The notes under the pieces were generated by a model. The model worked only from the letters and a program-made list of their open reading frames with translations, was not told the origin of the DNA and searched no databases. A stretch of 63,745 bases of DNA, filler included, from Craspedostauros australis (Eukaryota), in NCBI GenBank assembly GCA_030167865.1. It is 5 parts of 5 records of this genome, joined end to end, with 100 filler letters (N's around TTAATTAATTAA, not from the genome) between each part and the next. Parts side by side here need not be neighbours in the genome. Positions count along the whole stretch, not along the records: positions 48,108 to 62,444 come from JALAGF010004071.1; positions 62,545 to 63,745 come from JALAGF010004095.1; 3 more parts are not named here. One strand, given 5' to 3'. This document shows, one piece after another, positions 57,296 through 63,745 of this stretch. The position numbers were made by a program, and so were the translations under genes. Within the stretch, counting starts at the first letter, position 1. Every line of letters begins with the position of its first letter.

Positions 57296-60200
57296 TCAAA
57301 TCGCTTTGTACCGATGCTGCAATTGATCGACCTTGCCATCTGCGCGCCATTCCCCGTACAGCCGGATGGCCTCACCGAAGTGGTACTTGGCGGTCTCCCT
57401 AGCATTCGGAAAGTTGGTCTCGATTAGCATGTGTTCGCCGAGCCGCTCGTTGGCCAGAGCCTGATCCTGGATTAGACCGCCTCTCGCCGCAATGCGAATG
57501 GCGGCCTGGTACATCTTGACTGCGGCTCGGAACGCACGATGCCGCTTGTGCTGCTTCGTGATTGCATGGGCGTTGAGAGCGGCGCGTTCCGCATTCAGGA
57601 TGGCGAGGGAATGCACCGCGTTGGGGTTGCCCTTCTTCACGGCTGTCTCCAACAGCTTGCGACACTGCTTGCCCATCTGCTTGATGCGCTTGCGCTCAGA
57701 TGGAGAGAAACTTTGGGACCGTTTCAGGACGATCGTCGTGGCGAAGGCGATTTGGAAGAACGTCGGCGCCTGCGAGATGTATCCTGAAGCTCTGACCTTC
57801 GCCGTCTTGCTGACCTCCAGGATGATGCTCACGAAGCTGTCGAATTCGCCGAAGTACAGCGCGGCGTACTTCTTGACGTGGAGTATCATGGCCCGCACCG
57901 ACGCGTCGCCCGCTTCCTCCAGACCTCGCATTCTCTCGACTTCGTCGAAGGCGTCACCGACCAGGAGCGTCCGATGGTCGGATCTTCCCCTCAGGTTCAG
58001 CACCATCTGCCATCTGCAGGCCAGCTGCACCTCCAGCTGCTCCTGGCTGAAATCCGCGCAGACCTTGGTGTACGTGGAGAAATCCTTGTCCAGGCTGTCC
58101 AAAGGCCTGGCCGTGAACCAGCACAGGTCCAGGTAGAAGACGATGGACCACATCGCGGATTGGATATCACCGCCAATCATGGAGGTCGAGTAGTTGTCCA
58201 GCATCGGCTGTTTGCAAGCCTCGTAGGATATCACGTTGTTGAGCACCATCCCGTACACCACAATTGCAGTCCGGGCCACTGCTGATAGGTCTGTCACGCT
58301 ATCGCATTTCTGCATCGCATAAGTAGCGTACATCTTCCCGGCTTCCATGTCCCCGAGGATGGGACCGAGCACCAACGACATCGATGAGATGGCAAGTGGG
58401 GAGAAGTTCGTTGTTCCCTTCGTCATCACGATGCTCACCATATCGATGGTTATCAGTGGCTGGATTAAGGAGTCCGAAAGAAAGGCTGCCATTGCGAATT
58501 TGTCCATGGTCTTGGCGATGAGGCTCTCCATGGGGTCCGTGGCTGCCTCCAGCGACTCCAAATACTCGATAGTCCACTTCCGTGCGGATCGTTTAAGGCT
58601 CATCATCCCTGTCACCACACGGAACAGGCAAAGCGCCTGATTTTTCGGGTATCGATACCCGACCTTCGCCAGGATGTCGCTGCCGAGCTTCATCAGGTTT
58701 ATCGACTTGTCGTTTTGGACCATGGCTGTCATTCCGTCCATCAGCACGTGGTATGCCCTCATCTTGTCGATCAACGGACAGTCGTCCAATTCGACCACCT
58801 GATTGCCGTATTCCTGCATCTTGTTGAACTTGTTGCTCACGTACGCGCATTCCGCCGCCGATGTGAAGAGCTGGATGCTCATCTCGCGATGTGACTGCCA
58901 ATGATCAGCTGGCATCATGTCGATGGCGTTCTGGAAGTATGTGAATGCTGCTCGGAACGCGCCATGTGATGCAGCTCTCGTGCCAGCATCGAAGTTGAGT
59001 CTGGCGACGCGGAAGCGTCTGGTCTGCGAAATCTCGCTTCTGTTCTTGTTGTGTTGTGCAGGCTGTCCTGGCTGCACTGTATGTGCTGGCTGTGGGTACG
59101 GTGGAACCATGTCCAGACGGCCATTGAGCAGATTCGCGACTACGAAGAGTGATGTTTCGAAGTCTTCACATGCCAGCCGGTCCATGAGGATGACGCCCAT
59201 GCGATGCTGCAGCTCTGTGAGTTGTATCTTGGACGGGATGATTGTTAATGCTGCCTCCTGCACCTTGTCATGGATGAAGGAGTAATCTGATACAGCCGAT
59301 GATGCTTGTGGCATGCTTACGTTCATGATGGTGCCCTTTCCCATGTACCCGTCGGCTTCATCATTATCATCATCGAAAATACTGCCGGTGTTGCTTCTTC
59401 TCGTGCTGCTGCTGCTGCTGCTGCTGCTGCCGTCGTAGCTGTCTGTGTGAGCTTCGATCAGTCCCTCATCCTCGTACGTCTTCAGGATACTCAGCCACTC
59501 ATCCTTGCTGCTCGGTGGCGGTCCGCCAAACAGTGATTCATACAACGCATGATGCCCCCCATCGCTCATCCTCTTTCCATCCTCAACGAAGCCCTCCAAC
59601 GTCGTTTGCAACAGCATCCACGAGAACGTAGATCCCAAGCACGCTGCCAATGGCAACATGTACTTGGCCGTCTCGATCTGCTGCAGCTTCAGCTCCATCA
59701 GCTCCACCACGTTGATGGTCGCGGGCGTTTCGATCTTGATCTGCTCGTTGTCCCACACCCACTTCATCAAGCCGGTGCTGTATGTGAGGAGGTTGTTATT
59801 GACGAGCATGCGGAGGAACTGCTGGACGAAGAAGACGTTGCCATCTGTCTTCTTGAACACAATCTCCGCCAGTCCGTAGCTGCTGTTGTTACCGCTGCTA
59901 TGAGCATCGGCATAACCCTCGCCACCATTGCCAATGTCATCGTCGTTGTAGATCCCCAGCAGTTGCTTCAGCATGACGTGTACATCATCCAACGAAATGT
60001 TGTTGACTTCCAGATCCACATATCGAATGAATCGCTCACGTCTCTTCGTCTGAATCGACGACAGCATCTGGCCGACGTAATTGATCCTGCTCGATACGCT
60101 CGCAGTATCAACACTATGCATTCGGCCATTGTCACCAACGCCGTCAGAGTCGACGAGGTTGGATCGGAAGCATACGACCACCATGAGAGATGAGATGGTG

Positions 60201-61618
60201 GTGTCCAACATCCACGATTCGATCATGTCCAGGGATTCCTTGTCGGCCCATTGGACATCGTCCGATACCCACACCAGGGGACAACAGTGGCAGATGATCT
60301 TGATGAAGTGACGGAAAGCGAACTTGAGTGCAATCGACTGCTGTTTGAAGCCCCGGGCCATTGGTGCATGCTGGCTGCCGGAAGGCAAACCGTTTTTGTC
60401 AAAAGCAGCGCTGCCCTCTCCTGTGTTGGATGCTGCATTGTCAGGATAGCACAGCGCATCACTGCCAACCACATCGACCAGATTGGGAATGATCTTGACG
60501 AGTGCCTGCAGCTCATCGACGTTGAGTTCTTCTGTGATGCGGTTTCGGATGTCATCAAAGCTTCGCGTATCCTTCACCTTGCGCGTCTTGTGCGTCTTGT
60601 GCCCTTTGCTCGCCGTGGTTGGCTGTTCTACGGCGGTCTTGTGAGTACCAGCACCAGACGTCCTCGGGAGGCTGCAGATCTGTGAGCACAGATCGGCCAT
60701 GGCGGTCCGGAAACCGGAATACGGCTCGTCCATCTGCTTGAGATCAAACTTGCCGGTGACGAAGAAGATGTGATTGGCCTTGCATTTGGGTCGCAGCGTT
60801 GCCGCCAGGGCTGACTTGCCTGTGCCGGAGTATCCGGAGATGGAAACGAAGGAGCGGACGGTGCTCTCCAAATCGGCGGTAAGATCAGGAAGTGCTGCTT
60901 CTTTGCGCTTGTTCTCATATGTGCTCGCCTTGGTGACCATGTCGCTCCTGTTGCTATCACCATCGTCGTTCTGAAAAGAGTCAACACCAGTACTGAGGCT
61001 GCCATCTTCATCCAAGGGTTTTGCTGGTGGTCGTTTGGCCGATGCACCAACATGCTTGGCGCTTTTGAGGATCTGCTGGAACACTCGGTCCAGGACCCGC
61101 TTCTCCTTCTCTCTCCCCACCAGCGAGATGCGCGAGAAGTCGAGGGAAGCACGAGAGATCTCCGCGATCTTCCTCGAAGTGCGCATGCCATTGGTCTCGG
61201 TCGCCAACCTTGGCTTGTGGAGCTTCGCATTGCTTATGGGGGTTGTGGTGATCGCATCGTCCACGATGGTTTGAACCAAGCCAAGGCCCACGGGTCCGCC
61301 CCTTCTGGACATCAGATCTGCCTGCACACGATGATGCGATCTGCGAATCTCGGCATGGTTGAACGACGATGACGATGCTGAGAATGACATGTTTAACGAA
61401 GGCGATGGCGGCGGCGGATATCCCATGGGTCCTCGGCCGTTGCTGATTGTGTTCGTTGCGAATCGCGCGGTGTCCAATCCAACGGCTGGCATCAATTCCA
61501 TGGATCCGCTTGCATCATCTTCGGTCAGAGACATCGTCATCGTCGATGCTACGTTTGTTCCACGCTCTTGTTTCTGCTTGGTGTTCTGCTTGAAGGACAG
61601 GAGATGTGATGGAGCCAT
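57296..61618 (-). CDS. STAND-type AAA_16 ATPase with C-terminal TPR-like superhelix (COG3899-like), intronless
   Basis: LVGREKE, Walker A SGYSGTGKS, GKFD...EPYS, Walker B VWVSDDVQWAD, KTDGNVFFVQQFL, AACLG, YSFIHDKVQEAA, C-terminal QDQALANERLG...YGEWRA..KV. Confidence 0.88.
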   Translation of the reverse strand: MAPSHLLSFKQNTKQKQERGTNVASTMTMSLTEDDASGSMELMPAVGLDTARFATNTISNGRGPMGYPPPPSPSLNMSFSASSSSFNHAEIRRSHHRVQADLMSRRGGPVGLGLVQTIVDDAITTTPISNAKLHKPRLATETNGMRTSRKIAEISRASLDFSRISLVGREKEKRVLDRVFQQILKSAKHVGASAKRPPAKPLDEDGSLSTGVDSFQNDDGDSNRSDMVTKASTYENKRKEAALPDLTADLESTVRSFVSISGYSGTGKSALAATLRPKCKANHIFFVTGKFDLKQMDEPYSGFRTAMADLCSQICSLPRTSGAGTHKTAVEQPTTASKGHKTHKTRKVKDTRSFDDIRNRITEELNVDELQALVKIIPNLVDVVGSDALCYPDNAASNTGEGSAAFDKNGLPSGSQHAPMARGFKQQSIALKFAFRHFIKIICHCCPLVWVSDDVQWADKESLDMIESWMLDTTISSLMVVVCFRSNLVDSDGVGDNGRMHSVDTASVSSRINYVGQMLSSIQTKRRERFIRYVDLEVNNISLDDVHVMLKQLLGIYNDDDIGNGGEGYADAHSSGNNSSYGLAEIVFKKTDGNVFFVQQFLRMLVNNNLLTYSTGLMKWVWDNEQIKIETPATINVVELMELKLQQIETAKYMLPLAACLGSTFSWMLLQTTLEGFVEDGKRMSDGGHHALYESLFGGPPPSSKDEWLSILKTYEDEGLIEAHTDSYDGSSSSSSSSTRRSNTGSIFDDDNDEADGYMGKGTIMNVSMPQASSAVSDYSFIHDKVQEAALTIIPSKIQLTELQHRMGVILMDRLACEDFETSLFVVANLLNGRLDMVPPYPQPAHTVQPGQPAQHNKNRSEISQTRRFRVARLNFDAGTRAASHGAFRAAFTYFQNAIDMMPADHWQSHREMSIQLFTSAAECAYVSNKFNKMQEYGNQVVELDDCPLIDKMRAYHVLMDGMTAMVQNDKSINLMKLGSDILAKVGYRYPKNQALCLFRVVTGMMSLKRSARKWTIEYLESLEAATDPMESLIAKTMDKFAMAAFLSDSLIQPLITIDMVSIVMTKGTTNFSPLAISSMSLVLGPILGDMEAGKMYATYAMQKCDSVTDLSAVARTAIVVYGMVLNNVISYEACKQPMLDNYSTSMIGGDIQSAMWSIVFYLDLCWFTARPLDSLDKDFSTYTKVCADFSQEQLEVQLACRWQMVLNLRGRSDHRTLLVGDAFDEVERMRGLEEAGDASVRAMILHVKKYAALYFGEFDSFVSIILEVSKTAKVRASGYISQAPTFFQIAFATTIVLKRSQSFSPSERKRIKQMGKQCRKLLETAVKKGNPNAVHSLAILNAERAALNAHAITKQHKRHRAFRAAVKMYQAAIRIAARGGLIQDQALANERLGEHMLIETNFPNARETAKYHFGEAIRLYGEWRADGKVDQLQHRYKAI

Positions 61619-62222
61619 CGTGGAGTGCCGCGTTTGTTGATGGAGGCGTCACTTGTTGTTAAAAGTCGGTGAGATGCTTCGCTGGTACCACCTACCGATG
61701 CTCGTTTTGGTGATGTGTGAGTGTTGGAATCCAAGCAATGTTGCGTTGGCTTCCCTGTGCATTGTCGCTCGTGCAGGCTTCGGGTCGGTGCACAGGCAAA
61801 GGCAACCAACCGGCCAACACAAGATTCGCGATTGTGACCTCGAGGGCGGCACAGCAGAGTGGTCACATGCGCGAGGAGAGATCGTATTGGTACGTCTGGG
61901 AGCACTGAACATCTGGAGAGCAAAAGTGTGTGGAACCACGATTTGGCACAGGACATTCGCGTTCGGACACGACAGGTACTACTGTCGCATCTTTGCGTGT
62001 GCCAGTGTGCCATGTCCGCGCACTCAGTGCCCGACAAGACACTTGTGAAGAGGCTTCTTGGACAAGTGCCCAAGGGAGAAACCGGCAACCGCGCAAGGGC
62101 ATCGTATGCACACGAATGCACCACTCGCATGACCGTGGCAAGCAGATACGGACGTTATTACCGGTTATTTGAGCGTTAGACTGGGCACTTGCAGCTGAAT
62201 CGTACGCAGCAGAGTAGAGACC

Positions 62223-62544
62223 NNNNNNNNNNNNNNNNNNNNNNNNNNNNNNNNNNNNNNNNNNNNNNNNNNNNNNNNNNNNNNNNNNNNNNNNNNNNNN
62301 NNNNNNNNNNNNNNNNTGACTCGTCGCTCTTTCTGAGCAACATGAGAGGAACAGCCTGAGGAGGCTACGATAATACTGGAGCTGCAGAATCGTGTAGTAT
62401 CCGCCATGGCCGGCACAGCCTGCGTAGTGCGGCGTCTCCTATGANNNNNNNNNNNNNNNNNNNNNNNNNNNNNNNNNNNNNNNNNNNNTTAATTAATTAA
62501 NNNNNNNNNNNNNNNNNNNNNNNNNNNNNNNNNNNNNNNNNNNN
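62223..62544. other. N gap (62223-62316), 128-bp sequence island, and artificial spacer (62445-62544)
   Basis: Seen directly. Confidence 0.9.
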
Positions 62545-63745
62545 GTCCAAGAGCAATGATGGGATGTGATCGTCGATGCTCTGTTTGGATGGATGTCGTT
62601 GCAGCCCAAGCGGGGTTTTGTGATCGAAGTTTGTACATCAAAGAAAGGCAGGCCAAGCTGCTCGTCTGTTTCCACAGCACTCTGCCACTCGAATCCATGC
62701 GGATTGCAGCCGCAAATCGTGAAGCGTGACAGAACCGTCCCTGGAGATTCCTGTGTGGTACGGCTTCAAGTACTAAGTGCCAGTGTCATGATACAATGCA
62801 AAACGATGTATTCCAATGGAATGCGATGCAATGTGACTGTGGCGGAATCGTCCACCAGGCTCATTTTGTCACAGCGCATGCTCAGACATGAAAATGAAAC
62901 TGCAGAACGCCCTCTCGCCCTCTCGCCCTCTCGCCATGAGCGTGATGCCTTGTTTGCGTTGGACGACGCTCGCGTTGGGAAGGATTGATCAGCGTGTCTG
63001 GAGATTCATGAGATTCTTGTAATCCACGATGATGCCAATGCATCACAGCGGAATTTCATCATCATGACAACGGTACTCAACCTCGTGTCAAAGATTGTTC
63101 TCCGAACACATGATTGATCGTTGATGAGAGCATTTTATTTATGATTTGCGACGACGCTTCAACCAAACGCGAATGCACTCCACCAACTCCGAAGGCCAAC
63201 AGCCCATCACGCGTCGTCTGGCTGGAATTCTTTCACAAAGCAAGATGGTCTTCCCGCGAAGGAGAGACACGTTGGGTTGTGATCGTGCGCTTTTGTGTCA
63301 CGCATTCTTGGCGCGGTTCACCCACCTGCCTGTCATCCGTGATTGATTGTTCCCAGATGATGGACTTCAACTTGCTTCGATTGCGCGACAAGACACGATG
63401 TGCCCAACAGACGCTCACACAAACACCACCACCAACGTTGCAGTGCGACTCTGTTCCCACGATGGCGAAGGCGATCCACCGCGATGGTTGGAAACGAGAC
63501 CCAAGAGGAGCTGTGGAAAGGTGCGCCAGTTGGTCTGTGACTACAACCACTCCACGAACACGGAACCTCCCCAAGGGCGGTTGCCGCAGCACAGCGTCCA
63601 GCCCTGATACCCTGATCGGAATTCTGTGCGGTCGCAACGACCAGAGCGGCTGGAAGAACACGGTGCCGGATTAGCCGTACCCAGCCCGTGCGCTGCTGTA
63701 GGAAAGGCACACACGCAAACACATCGCGCCAGCGTATCGCAGCGG

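Noticed and set aside
62317..63745. 128-bp island and short terminal-contig ORFs
   Set aside because: No recognisable motifs or codon bias; only a short (CCTCTCG)3 repeat near 62911.

Overview
This is eukaryotic nuclear DNA, most likely from a diatom or related photosynthetic stramenopile: short GT-AG introns, signal-peptide+Phe bipartite plastid presequences, a diatom-type PUFA elongase, GC/PDE fusions and microsatellite-rich intergenic DNA. The window is a concatenation of contigs joined by artificial 100-nt N44-TTAATTAATTAA-N44 spacers (16676, 28787, 48008, 62445) plus one plain N gap, so adjacency across these junctions is not established. It holds about 21 protein-coding loci, one tRNA-Asp and an RPL10A pseudogene. 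Highlights: (i) a membrane-bound FAAL-ACP-Pls-type (NRPS terminal domain) enzyme with a co-oriented Fem/GNAT-like neighbour, a candidate undescribed lipid or lipopeptide pathway; (ii) an NSF-D1-like AAA ATPase with a putative plastid presequence, present three times, two copies forming ~1.95-kb inverted arms around a GC/PDE gene and tRNA; (iii) a bacterial Tmm/mFMO-like flavin monooxygenase; (iv) a ~7-kb AT-enriched, gene-poor segment with decayed gene fragments; (v) a large STAND-type ATPase. All family assignments are from motif recognition by eye; no database search was run.
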